From: Bigelowiella natans CCMP2755
Taxonomy: Eukaryota; Protista; Cercozoa
Length of the DNA stretch: 35,346 nucleotides
Direction: 5' to 3'
Assembly (NCBI GenBank): GCA_000320545.1
Contig: ADNK01003011.1
Location: 1-35,346 of the forward strand
How positions within the stretch are numbered: position 1 is the stretch's first letter; each line of letters opens with the position of its first letter. The notes under the pieces were generated by a model, which worked only from the letters and a program-made list of their open reading frames with translations, was not told the DNA's origin and searched no databases. This document shows, in pieces, positions 12,556 to 25,329 of the stretch. The position numbers were made by a program, and so were the translations under genes.

Positions 12556-15500
12556 CTACTTGTTCAGTTCACTTGCCTCCATTACAATGAATTGACTGTC
12601 GACATCAACCTTGCGCCCAAGTAAGCCTAAGGAAGCTACTCGAGGCTTCAACAAACTACTTTCGGAAATCGCACTTTTTGGAAAATGTGAATCCGACTGT
12701 GGTTTTGTTTTGACTATATTTTTGTCACCCTTATCAGTTTTAGAACTCTTTCGACTATTTGCTGATTTCTTTTTGGATTTGACTTTTCTAGTTCGTGTTT
12801 TCAAGCTCCCAGAACTAATCGTTTTATTGCTACTTCTCACTCGCCTTCCAGCATGTGCACTGCTGGGTCTCCTGGCTGATTGCACCCTGGCCGAATGATG
12901 ATGCGCCCTGGCTGACTGATGATGCGCCCTAGCTGATTGCATCTGAGATGTCCTCGAAGCTGACTTAAGTGCGAAACGGGAGGCAGCAAGCTTGACTGTT
13001 GTTTTTCCTAAGTCGAACCTTGGAACAACTACTGTTGCTTTCACAACCCGCTTTGGTGATGCAGGCTCAGAATTTATGCCGTCTTCTATCTCGTCCTTGC
13101 TGTCATCGTCATTGTGGTCAGGTTTAGGGATCCGAATTGCCTTAGATTTGAAGGAACTATCGGAAGACCTTTTGCGAGTGAGAGTACTCTTTCTCCTGCT
13201 GGTTCTTACCTTCTGCTCTAATTTCTTGTTTTTAATTTCAAGAACGCGAATCCTTTCCTTGAGATCAAGCTCCAGTTGCTGTGCTTCCTTATTGCGGATA
13301 GCTTTCTGAAGATTTTCCTCATTTAGTGATTTAAGGAGTTTATCATTTGCACTCTGAATGCTCACTAGCATGTTTTCTAGATTCTTGACATACTTAGGAT
13401 AATTACTCCCGTCCTCTCCTTCGTTCGCATATCCGCGCATTCGTGAATTGATTTGCAAACGAGGAGGTGAATTCGATTTAACGCCAAGCAGGTCACGCAG
13501 CTGGTCCCCCCCTGATTCTATTAGATGCTGCTGTTGGTGTTGCTGCTTATGGCCTCTAGGTATTGCTGCTTCGGCTTTATCTTCCTCTCTTGAGGCCCAA
13601 GCTGTGACTCTAGGTATTGGTCTATGTATTCCGCTACTACTACACAGTCGCCGTGTTACTATTTGGCCAGTCAGAAGGGTAGGTGTTACAACGTTCAATT
13701 TCATGAAGTTTCCTTGAGCAGATCTTGACAGCATAGAAGAAATCGGGCTTGTACTTCTACTATTACTAGCATTTCTATGCTTTGAAGCCCCGTCCTCAGA
13801 AATTTGGCTCGCACATGAAGGACTTATTGTTTCTCCTTCTCTTGCTCGAGTAGGACTTGTTCGAGTAGGAACCTCTAGCAATGGAGGCTTAGCAGGGTGC
13901 TGGGAGTACGGAAGAGGCTTCTTCTGATGTTCTAAGGCGGATGTAACGTGATTTGCATTAACCGCTGCTGTTGTAACTTCTGCTACATTCCCACTGTTTG
14001 AGGATGCTTTCGTTTTATTTCTTATGTGCAACTGTTCCTTCGATCTATCTTGCTGTTGCTGCTGCTGTCGCCATGATTCATAAGTTGCTTGTGGTGGTGC
14101 TGGTACTGGGACTCTCGCTGCCTGCATAGTGGTTATTTTGCACGAATATCGCTGTTTTGAATCGACAAAACTGGTTTAAAAAAAATTGTTACAATGATAG
14201 TGAAATATCAGCATTAGATATCACGTATGATGGTAACCAGGGTTGGTAGATAGCTTCAATACGAATTGGTGGTTGTTCAGTCTTCTTGTGAATTATAAAT
14301 AATAATACCTTTCTAGCTGATTTTGGTTGTTTATTATTATCCTTGATACCGCTTCGCCAACTTGGATTACTCATTGATGTTACGTTCAGGAGGTTTGAAG
14401 AGGGAGGGAAAGGACTGCTTAGTCCACTATAGTTGTCACTCATTACAGCAGCAGCAGAGGACGATGATTTTGAGAACCTTGCAGATTGTGACGAACCAAT
14501 GGTACTATCATTCTCGTTTTGCTTCAAGAGCAACTGATGAAGTGCAAGATTGAGCTTCCTGTGAGCTGGAAGCTCGTCATCAGCAACCTGATCGATAATA
14601 TTAATATCACTCTCTCGGTGTTGTGACAGGCGACACAAGAAGTTATGGCAACCTGATCGTTTATATTCACTTTCTTCAGTGCGATTCTCCTTCTCTTTGA
14701 ATCCTGAATCGTCGCACTAGATATGTAGCTTTCCTTTTTAATATCTGCTGACCTCTCTGAACTCACACGGCAATCCGACACCTTTGAGTAGCGATTGTTC
14801 GGTGTCAAATTTCTATTCTGCGACTCTAAGGACTTAATTTTTTGGGTCAATTCCACGATCTTATCATTCATTATTGTCTTCTGGCGAAGCCATTCTCTTT
14901 TTGTTTTTCTGAGCTCAATCAGTTCTTTGTTCTCAGTTGATGGTGAAGTCGAAGATTTTGGTCTCTCAACAACTTTTATTTCTTGTAACTTTTTATCATT
15001 TCCAGTAGGTTTTGCTGAAGTGTCCTTGAGACGTTTAATTTCAGCTTGAAGCTCCAGGATTTTGCGTGCATCTTCCTGAATATGATTCTTTGTTTCTACT
15101 GAACTATTATCTGTTCTATCTTGGAGGTAGGATATCTTGGATTTTAGGTCATCAATTTCTTCTGAAAGTCTTCTTACATTCTCTCTATTTTCTTCCTGTA
15201 ATGCTATTCGTTTTTCATCCCACTCTTCCCTCATCAAACGCAAGTCTTCAGCATGCTTTTCCTTCCTACGAGTAAAACTTAATTAGATGCTTTAAAATTT
15301 CCATGTTGTTGTTGTACTCTCTCGAAACCTTCCTACTTCATCCCTCTCAAAATTGAAAGCGATGAAAACAACGAACAGGTGTGGATCCTAGAATTGAACG
15401 TACGCGATTGATTCGTCGGATTGGAGCTTTTCGTTCGCATCTTTAAGCTTTTGTGTCATCTCATTTAGTTGATTCTCCAATGATGTTGCAGACCGGCTAA

Positions 15501-16156
15501 ACTTGTTCATTTCTCCTTCAAGAAACACACATCGGGCCTTGAGGGATTCAATCCTTTTCTCCATTTTGTAATTTTCACGGTCTTCCTGTTGAGCGATGCC
15601 TTCAGCAAACTTCCGAGTGTTTGATAGTGTTCGCATTGCGTCATTCTTCTTATCTTGTACTTCAGTAAAGTTCGCCCGATATGTTGGCCGATAGCCATCT
15701 GCATAACAACACGAGAACATCAAGTTGTTGCTTTCTAGTTTTAAATTTTCCATCAATAATACCTTTTTGTTGGCCTTGGTACAGCTCCTCTTCCATTGCC
15801 AATATATCTTTGAAGTACTGATCTTGGACCGTCATCATCCATTTGTCTCTGATTTGATATTTTAAGTTCAAACTCAAATTGAAGACAATAGAAGCTAACA
15901 TTCGTCAACCTTTTAACGTTATATTCTCGATGGGCCTGGCATATTGCATGAATAACTTCTTTCTTTTTCGCTAGCTTCGCTTCAAGTTCCCTGATCTTTC
16001 GCTCCAATCCATAAATTACTATGGTTTGAGTGTCAACCTATTGCAGGGTTGGATTGGATTAGAATCGTAGCTTACGGTTACTGTGCTCTATGAATTCGAA
16101 ACCTTTCTCTTGAACCCCTGGCACATGATTTCGAGTTGAACAGCCCTCGACTGCAT
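12556..16156 (-). CDS. Large coiled-coil / low-complexity hypothetical protein (start uncertain)
   Basis: Consecutive minus ORFs 15753-16007, 15388-15756, 14524-15243, 14189-14638 and 12556-14127 are E/K/L-rich heptad-like (MERKIRELEAKLAKKKE, LKERIRVLEIKNKKLEQKVR) and are separated by short candidate GT-AG introns. Basic S/K/R-rich tail. Confidence 0.75.
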
Positions 16157-16588
16157 CGCAGATTGGGTTGGACCTAGAAGTCGGTCGCGGGGGTCTCACC
16201 CTGCCCACTAGTAATCCTCCATCTCATCACAGATGTGGTGTAAGGGCCAAGTACTCGTTACTTGAGGCAATTGATTTCCCGATAACATTTTAATGCTGAG
16301 ACAAGCAAATGCATCTTCAAATCACTACAATTGTCCTGCGTTAACATCCTTATAGGTCTGGATAATCTTGACAAACGTATTTCAATTCTCTATAGCGACA
16401 ACCAAAAATTGATATCGTAGTCTAAGTAGGTGAATGTGGGAAGATATGACAGAGTTTCCATTTACACCATGGAGACATGAAAAATGAGTTGTCGTAAGCT
16501 ACAAAAAGTTATTGTTCAGCGGTCTCTGGTAAGGATGGCGTCGCTTCTTGTGCCGCCTTTTGTTAACATCTGCATTACTTAGGTCATC

Positions 16589-18486
16589 ATGTCAACGAAG
16601 GATCTCGACAAATGGGTCGAGAAGGCGAAAAAGTGCCAATGCCTTACAGAAGTTGAATATAAAGCGCTCTGCGGAAAGGTAAGGAGACGAGCTTCCCCAA
16701 TATTCCCATCACGAGTAATCACTTCCTTTGTATGAAATCACCGACAGGTGAAGGAGATTTTGATAGAAGAAAGCAATATCCAGCCTGTAAATAGCCCAGT
16801 TACGATATGTGGTGATGTCCATGGCCAATTTTGGGACGTCATGGAACTGTTTAGAATTGGTACTTTGTCACAGCGATTGTTAAACCTTCGCTTGATGCTA
16901 ACATGCTTACATTTATTCAGGGGGAGATGTTCCCAAGACAAACTACATATTTATGGGAGATTTTGTGGATCGCGGAAGGCATAGCATTGAGACACTCACT
17001 TTACTTTTGCTCCTCAAAGCAAGGTGTTTATAGATAGTTATCTTTGAATATCTTTCGCTATCATTAACCACCACCATTTTATCAGATACCCAGCTCATAT
17101 CACCTTGCTTCGAGGAAACCATGAATGTCGTCAAGTTACTCAGGTAATAATACATGTAGAAACTATTCCTTAAAGCGGCTACTCTCCCAGACAGAACACC
17201 CAACAAAATGAATATTTTCCTAATAATATATCGAACAGGTTTATGGGTTCTTCGATCAATGTGTCCGCAAATACAGCAGTGCCAACGTTTGGAAGTACAG
17301 TTGTGAAATATTTGACCATCTTGCCCTAGCAGCGGTAATATTTTAATCGTATTTATAGGAGTAACCCATCATCGGGCCTCTTGTATTTTCTTCCTTATTC
17401 TCTTGCGCGCCACCTCCTATAAACAATATTACTACACCATCACCAGATCATTGATGGTCGAGTACTCTGCGTTCACGGTGGCTTATCTCCGGAGATATCT
17501 ACATTGGATCAAATTAGGCTCATCGATAGAATTCAAGAAGTTCCCCATGAGGTAAAGGAGAACATATACTTTCAGATGGAAGAACAACATTTGACTTCTT
17601 CTTCTTCTTCTTCTTCTTCTGCTTCCCATATTGATTAACAATAAGGGCGGATTTTGTGACCTAATGTGGAGTGATCCAGATGCAGAATGTGACACCTGGG
17701 CAGTAAGTCCACGCGGTGCTGGTACGTGTGAATAAAATAATAAAGCGAAGAATCACCGTAGCAGTGAGTGCGAGAGAAATATAATCATCATCATCATCAA
17801 TGGTGTAAGAACTCATAGGATGCCCTTCTTAATGGACATAATTCGCAGGTTGGCTTTTTGGTGAAAAAGTAACGAAACAGGTGCGTGTGCGTGGTTGATA
17901 TCACTAAGATCTGAAATACCCTCTCCTGCTGACAAATATATCTGTTCCAAGATGACGACGATGATGGTGATGATGATAATGATAAACCACATCTCAGTTC
18001 AACCATATGAATGGACTTGAACTAATATGTCGAGCTCACCAGCTAGTCCAGGAAGGCTACAACTATATGTTCACAGGTACTTCTAGTGGTAGTGGTCGTA
18101 GTCGTAGTAGTAGTAGTAGTAGTAGTAGTAGTTTAAACATAATAATCATTACATACAATAAAAAAGTAACATATGTCAAAGTGGAGATTGTTGTTGAGGA
18201 GAAACGAGGATCTGAGCGATACCACAATTAGTAATTGTTCATTTTAATTTATTTGACAACAGATAAGAGCTTGATTACTGTTTGGTCCGCACCCAATTAT
18301 TGCTACCGCTGCGGCAACATAGCTTCTATTTTGGAATTTGATGAAAATCTTGATAGGTAAGAGACGAACTAAATTAAACGCCATATGCATGATATCAGTA
18401 TGATTTTCAGGCAAATCAAGATTTTCAAGCCAGCACAAAACAGACCCGTCTCTGAAAATCACCTTGCTGTCCAATATTTCTTCTAG
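16589..18486 (+). CDS. PPP6C: Ser/Thr protein phosphatase 6 catalytic subunit (PP6/Sit4, PP2A family), 11 coding exons
   Basis: PPP motifs [56 protein letters not shown]6-type segments [13 protein letters not shown] and [13 protein letters not shown]. Probable 5'UTR intron 16529-16582. Ends QYFF*. Confidence 0.93.
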
Positions 18487-18514
18487 TTGTGAACATACAC
18501 ACACATACATTATA

Positions 18515-18517
<3 letters not shown>

Positions 18518-18565
<48 letters not shown>
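18518..18565. repeat. (TA)n microsatellite just 3' of PP6
   Basis: Direct reading. Confidence 0.95.
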
Positions 18566-18568
<3 letters not shown>

Positions 18569-18829
18569 TGTGTGTTTTTGTGTGTGTCTGTGTGTGTGAT
18601 GTGTATTGCCCAGTGATACTTTTTATACAACAACCAACACAACTAGTCGTCCAACTTGGCTAGAAGTCTTGTTGGAAAGGGGATTGCACATGATGCTACC
18701 TATCGAATCTATGTTATAGATGCCACAATTGACACGTAAGTGTTACGCTTGTACACACATAGGACAAGCTATTGTCTCATATTAATCGTTGGTACTAAAT
18801 AAATCATAATAATATACGTGCACAGCTTT

Positions 18830-19520
18830 CACATGCAGACTGTTCGCGACCGCGGCCACAGATGACTAGATGAGATCACAGCTAGCCGCGTGAGCGCGCT
18901 GCTGCGCTGGGATCCATCGACAATCTAGCAATTCCGTCGCACTAGCTAGCGCTAGCTGCTAGGTTGCAAGCACAAGCGCGGATAATTAGCTGTCGTCATT
19001 TGGGGAAGTGCGACAACAACTGCATGAGGCATGAATTGGTCATGCATGCCACACACTGATGCATGAGCATGGCATGATTGGACAAGACTAGAAGACCCTG
19101 TTGCCGCCATCTTAGCTTGTGCGATCATTTGGCTGGAACGCGCATGCGCGAACCACAATCTTTCGCAACGACGTCCACTTCCCTAGTTCGGGTGCTAGGG
19201 TGGGCTAGTGGGAGCGGATGCTGGCTGGCTAGCTGGTGTCATTTCCCTCAGGCACGACTTCACATGCACTGCAGCCCTGTAGCCCAGCTAGCTAGCGTTG
19301 CGAAGCGCTTGTTGTCTAGCCTTGTGGGCTCGCGTTCCGGTCAATCGCACGGCACATTCTAGCATTGTCTGACGTGACAAACTAGCATGGCTAGATGGCC
19401 TAGCAGCGCGCCGGACAAGTGCACCGCCACATCCTCAAGCAGCGCAACGGCTGCGCACACAATGCGCAACGACACTGGAACACGCTGGCATGCTAGCACG
19501 TCTGGCTCTGGGGCTAGCTG
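18830..19520. other. CTAG micro-palindrome island 3 (downstream of PP6)
   Basis: About 21 CTAG counted by eye in about 660 bp, GC-richer than flanks, e.g. actagctagcgctagctgctagg. Confidence 0.85.
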
Positions 19521-20099
19521 ATGCGTGACTCACCGTTTTGTTTTCAATTTCATGGCACCTCCGTTGAATTTGTTCATTTCCATTGCTTGATCATTTCGGT
19601 TGCCGTGCGGTTGCCCTTGTTCATTTGACAATTTTGTGAGATCTTCAGTGGCTTCATGCACTGCTTTCTTGTTTGGATTGAGCAACACGTCTAGACGTGG
19701 CAATCTAGCAATGATGGCTCTGTCGTTGATCTACTAAGTCCAGACTTCATCGCAAATCTCTGGCTCTTTTGCCAGACCCACATGAAAATGAATCATGTCA
19801 CAATGTTGACAACAATGATGACAATGACAATGAACTACATTTCCAAAATGTCGAGGGGGGCGGCTGCTGTTTCCGTGCTTCCGATGCTCAAATCTCTATG
19901 TTCTTCTACTCCGAAAAATAAAAAAATCGCCTTCTTTTTCGCAAGTTATTTTCAGCAACGGGCAGTGACGGGAAGGTAGTGTTAGTGACGGGCAGCAGCG
20001 AACAAGAAGACAAGGAGGTTGGTCCACTTTGAAGCAGTGGCAACTCGTAAGCTTTCATTTGTTGCCAGCAATCGTCGTGGTGGTGGTGCTGCAGCATCG

Positions 20100-20298
20100 A
20101 TGGAGGATTCGCACCGTGACAAAAGAAGTCAACGAAATGGTAACAACATCGTGCCCTTAACTAAACTTCCTCCCGCATCAACTATTTTTTCCAAACAGGC
20201 ACGCATGAAACAAAGGGGTCAAATCCTAACCATCCGCAGAGAAAGAAGGATGTTGGTCATGCAGGAAGTTCAAAGGTGAAGCTGCAGGCATGGACTCT

Positions 20299-20340
<42 letters not shown>

Positions 20341-20353
20341 CAGTTGTAGTAGT

Positions 20354-20391
<38 letters not shown>

Positions 20392-22803
20392 GAGGAGCAG
20401 GAGCAGCAGCAACAACAAGTCTTGAGTAAATAATGGTGTGATACTGGGTTTTATATATAACTACACAGGAGTTTGCTCTTCTACCACGCCATAGCAAGAA
20501 GGTAGACGACGAACAATTCACTTATTAAAATGTCAATTAAAATGATGGACTATCGTCATATATCCAACAGCGTGAACGAGAAATCGACGGGTCTTTCCCA
20601 AAAGAGCCACCGATACGACGCATGAAGCTAGGCGCTTCTCCAATTGCTTCCTCACAGATTCATCATCATCTTCCACAACGCCGGTCTTCCGTCCAAAAGC
20701 CAACCTCTTCTGATGAAAACCAAACTACTCATGGCGCAGTACGTAGTAAGAGTAATCCTCATTCCCCAGCTGTAGATAATCATATATCTGCTGCTTCTTC
20801 CATTTCAACAACAACTACATGGAAGTCTCGGAGTGTGTCCATGTATCGATCATCATCTAAAAATAGCACCCAAATCGGGTCGGGCACATACGGGTAATAA
20901 TGCTTTGTGCTTTCGATAAAGAGTTGCAAGTTATAGCGTTGTAGGATGAACATCATTCAAATATCAACTACTTAACATCACTCATCATAAAAATATTAGG
21001 CATGTATTTGAAGGGGTTGGCCCGGATGGTAAGAAAGTTGCTCTGAAGAGAATAAAGAAAGAGAAAGACAAGGAGGGGGTCAGTACAGTTTTAATAAAAT
21101 GCTAATAGCAACAACTTATTGTCGTCCAAATGGAAGGACCAATGAAACTATCACCTATATCGTAATTCTACTGATTACTATTCAAATTTGCTATTGACCG
21201 ATAGTTTCCTATCACTGCTATCCGAGAGATCAAGTTCCTCAAGAACATCCACCATGAGAACATTGTTAATCTTGTCGATGTTGTTTCATCTCCTGGTAAG
21301 AGTACTAATCATCTTCGATCTCACTCGTTCTGGGATAATCAGTGAGTTGCTATTCTTTAGGAGCGGGTGGGAAAAGCGTGTACATGGTGTTTGAGTATTG
21401 CGACCATGATCTGACCGGTCTTTTGGACACGGATCCTCCTACAATATTCGAGCCATCCCAGATTAAGTATTACATCAAGTGTATACTGGAGGCACTCTAC
21501 TACTTGGTGATGATTAACAATCGTTATGCAAAATAATAATTCGGCGTGTATATTCTGGATCATAGTAATAATGAGTGATAATGTTGAAAATGGTCATGAT
21601 AATGAGGAGGATGAAGATGATGCGTCAATGGACAATAGCAAGAGATATGAAGTTTTACATTTTGACGAGGAACATTTGTGGTTGTTTCTATATATTGTGA
21701 CTACAGCATAAATCCAACATTCTCCATCGAGACATAAAAGGTATCCTACCATCCTTTCTTTCTACGACAATACAATCAATCAAAACTCCCATCAAGGAAC
21801 CGACAGCCTCTTCTTTCATCTCTATTATTCTCCTCCTCCTCCTGAATCATAAACTAATTCTTATCAGGTGCGAACATCCTTATCTCCAACAATGGCGACG
21901 TCAAGCTTGCTGACTTTGGGTATGATTAATAATAAATAATAATAACAATAATGAATACAAATAAGAACAGCATAAATCAATAAGCTTTGGCATCTTTACA
22001 TCATTATCATCATCATCATCATCATAATCGAAATCAGGCTGGCGAGAGCACACGACAAGAGAGGAGATGTAATCATCATATTATCAAATAAAGGGAGGGA
22101 GGAGGAGGAGGAGGAGCAGTAGCAGCATCATGGCAGATAGATAACGATAAATTCCTACTTCGCGTATCATCATTAGCACCACTATCATCCTCGTGATTAT
22201 CATCATTATCTCATACTCGTTGTCATCGTTTCAGCTTTCTACTCCACCAGAGCATTCATCATGTTACTAGCGTAATGACGATACTGTTGTTCTTTGTACT
22301 CCTCTCTCCTCTCTGTTTTGAACCTAAGTACACAAACAGAGTTGTGACTCTTTGGTATAGAGCTCCTGAGCTGCTTCTAGGGTACTGCTAGTACCATTTG
22401 CTGAGTGCACAAAACAGCCGTGTGTCGTTGTCATCGTTGTTGTCGTCGTCGTCGTCGTCGTACATGATGCTGCTTCATTGTTATCTAAGAAGTAGAACTA
22501 CTATCACAAGTTCATGATTGACTTCAAGGTGCCACGAATTGTGTTGTAATTAGATACTGATTGATTACATAGTTGTCCACCATCTTTACACCATATATGA
22601 ACAATTTAGTGCCAACAAGTACGACTCGAAGATAGACATCTGGTCTGCTGGTTGTGTCTTTGCGGAGATGCTTCGTAAGTGCAGATATATCAGCTAGTAG
22701 TTCCTTGCCAACAAGATCAAGAAAAGAAGAAGAAGAAGAACAACAAACTCACCTACCTGTAGTAGTATTTAGATACTAAATTCTATTCAGCGGTTCTAAA
22801 ACA

Positions 22804-22837
<34 letters not shown>

Positions 22838-23321
22838 TAGGGAGAGGGAAAACGCTTTTCCGCGGCAAGACAGAGCTTGAAAGTTTGCAGGAAATTTATA
22901 AAGTCAGTGTGGATTGTGTGTGGGAGCGGTTGATTCTCGATTTTCGTTTTACTGAAAGATATGAATGTAACGAGTAGATGAAGACGAATATGCTTCCGCC
23001 CCCCTTCCTTCTTCTCTTTCTATCTGATATTTAGTTTTATTTTCATCTTTCTCCCATTCTACTTGACTCCCTCCTCTTCCCACCCCCCTCCCCCTCTCTT
23101 AGATTTGTGGAACGCCAGATCAAAATGATTGGCCACAAGCGAGCCAATACTCGTGGTACCTCAAGCCTATATCTATGCCGAGAAGATTACGGGAAGAGTT
23201 TGCCAGGTACTACTACTACTACTACCAGCAGCACCTGTTATGATGTTTGCTGCTGTTTTCTCTGTAACTAATTATGCTATTGCTCCTTGCCACAGTTTCA
23301 TGACCATGAACCCACACACAC

Positions 23322-23365
<44 letters not shown>

Positions 23366-25107
23366 GTATAAATTTATATAGTCATTAGCGTATATAGCTA
23401 AGCACACATTTATTAGTATTAATTGCTGCTGTGTTTCGTTGACAAACGCAAGATGAATTGTTAGCCAATCACATTATTGATAATCATCATCTTCATCATC
23501 ATCATGATCATCACCATCACCACCATAATGATACCACTACTCAGTCAAGATCAGTACGCTGTTGACCTATTGGATCATTTACTTGTGTTAAATCCCGAGA
23601 AAAGATTCAGTGCTGGAGAAGCTTTAGATCACATGTAGAGAGGAGTCGTAGTAGTAGTAGTAGCACCAGCTGCAGCAGCGGGTGTAGTAACGGTATGCGT
23701 GGCATTGTCAACTGATGTTTGATAATACGTAAAAGAGGAAGCAGTACTAAGTAGTTGTGTTGTTGTTGTTGTGATTGTTGTTTTACTACCATGGACGACT
23801 AGATACTTCTTCAGCGAACCAAAACCTATGGAGAAGATTGAGTAAGAATTGCTGCTCTCTTCCTCAAACAACAACAACCCTTCTTCTTCTTCTTCTTCTT
23901 CTTCTTCTTCTTCATTTGAATCGTCGTCGTCGTTGTTCTGAGAAAGGTAAGATAAGATGACGATTGACGGGTGTTGTTTTTGTTGTTGTTTGTTATGATG
24001 TTGTTTCCACTATTACTACTACTACTACTATTTCTACTACTATTACTAACTACCAGCCACCCGCGCTACAAGATGAATCATCATGAGTATGAAAGCAAAA
24101 TACGTCGTGCAGAAAAGCGTCAGTTGCAACGGGCCTCCTCTTCTTCCTCTTCCATCACCCAGCAGCAGCAGCAGCAGCAGCAGCATCACCACCACCACCA
24201 CCACTACCAACACCACCACATGCAACGAACTAGTAGTGTAGAAAGCAGCAGCAGCAGCAAAAGCACCAGGAACAACGATAGTGGTAGCAATAGCAGGAGC
24301 TTGCTTCGGAATTATTCGAGTTCGTCTGTTGTTACTCCCCGCAGTAGTACTAGTGGTGGTAGCCAGCATCATCGCTATCATCAACACCGAACAAGCAGCA
24401 ACGGTGGCAGCACTTCGATTCGGGGGGGGAGAGGAAGGAGGGGACGGCGAGGAGGAGGATTAGGAGGAGGAAGAGGAAGAGTGGCAATTGGAGGGGAGGA
24501 TATGAGTCGTGGTAGCAAGATCTCCTCTATGTATCATCGTCAGGGAGATATGCAGCAGCACAAACATCTAAATTGGAAGCAGCAATTGTCATCATCGTCA
24601 TCATTACCACGTTCAAGAAGCAGCAGTATAACCAGCAGCCATAACTACCAAAAACATCATCATCATCATCATCGAGCCAGCAGCAGAGCTATCTCCCACC
24701 CAACCAACTTTCACCACCAGCAACGGGGATCATCGCTGCTGTCTAGGGCCAATAGCAGGCATGGAGGAGGAGGAGGAGGAGGAGGAGGAGGAGGAGGAGG
24801 AGGAGGAGGAGGAAGGGGAGGAGGAGGAGGAAGGGGAGGAAGAGGAGGAAATCGTATTCCTTACTCACGTAGTAGTAGCAGCAGCAGCAGGGTCAGCAGA
24901 GAGGGGGGTGGAGGGGGCAGGGGGGCAGGCATAGCAGCAGCAGCAGCAGCAGCCTCACAGGGACGAACAGGGAGTAGTCGACTACCATCTGGTAATATGA
25001 GCGACATGCAACAGCAGCAGCAGCAGGGAAGAGAAAGCTCCAGAAACATTGCTTCACGTAGTGCTGGACATCATCATCATCATCATCATCGTCGGCACAG
25101 AAACTAA
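20100..25107 (+). CDS. PITAIRE cyclin-dependent kinase (CDK12/13, plant CDKC-like; Pol II CTD kinase) with long disordered tail; start approximate
   Basis: Spliced motifs IGSGTYG, VALKRIK, EGFPITAIREIK, YMVFEYCDHDLTGLL, ILHRDIKGANIL, KLADFGLAR, YTNRVVTLWYRAPELLLG, DIWSAGC, ICGTP, LNPEKRFSAGEALDH, HEYESK. Last exon 24057-25107. Confidence 0.95.
20299..20410. repeat. Compound (TAG)n(CAG)n(GAG)n intronic microsatellite
   Basis: Direct reading; lies within a 5' CDK intron. Confidence 0.92.
24763..24813 (+). repeat. (GGA)n coding microsatellite (poly-Gly) in the CDK tail
   Basis: Uninterrupted GGA run in frame with ORF 23971-25107. Confidence 0.95.
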
Positions 25108-25329
25108 TAGAGCATTGTGGGAGGAGACTGTCAGCTCTGCTGTGACTGCTGCCATCGCAAGAGGTCTATTGATTTACCACAAAGTCTAATCTGCAAAGCC
25201 GCGTGACTTGCAATGTATCATTGTAGCTGATTTCTATTACTATTGTTCAGAGTGCTACTAGATGACACAATGTAATATAAACTACTAATATACATTCATA
25301 GCATGTACTGTATCTATTATAATAATTGT

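Noticed and set aside
20199-20290. Non-canonical GC donors in the CDK 5' region
   Set aside because: A canonical route exists (ATG TTG|gtcatg to cag|GAG TTT), so GC donors are not required.
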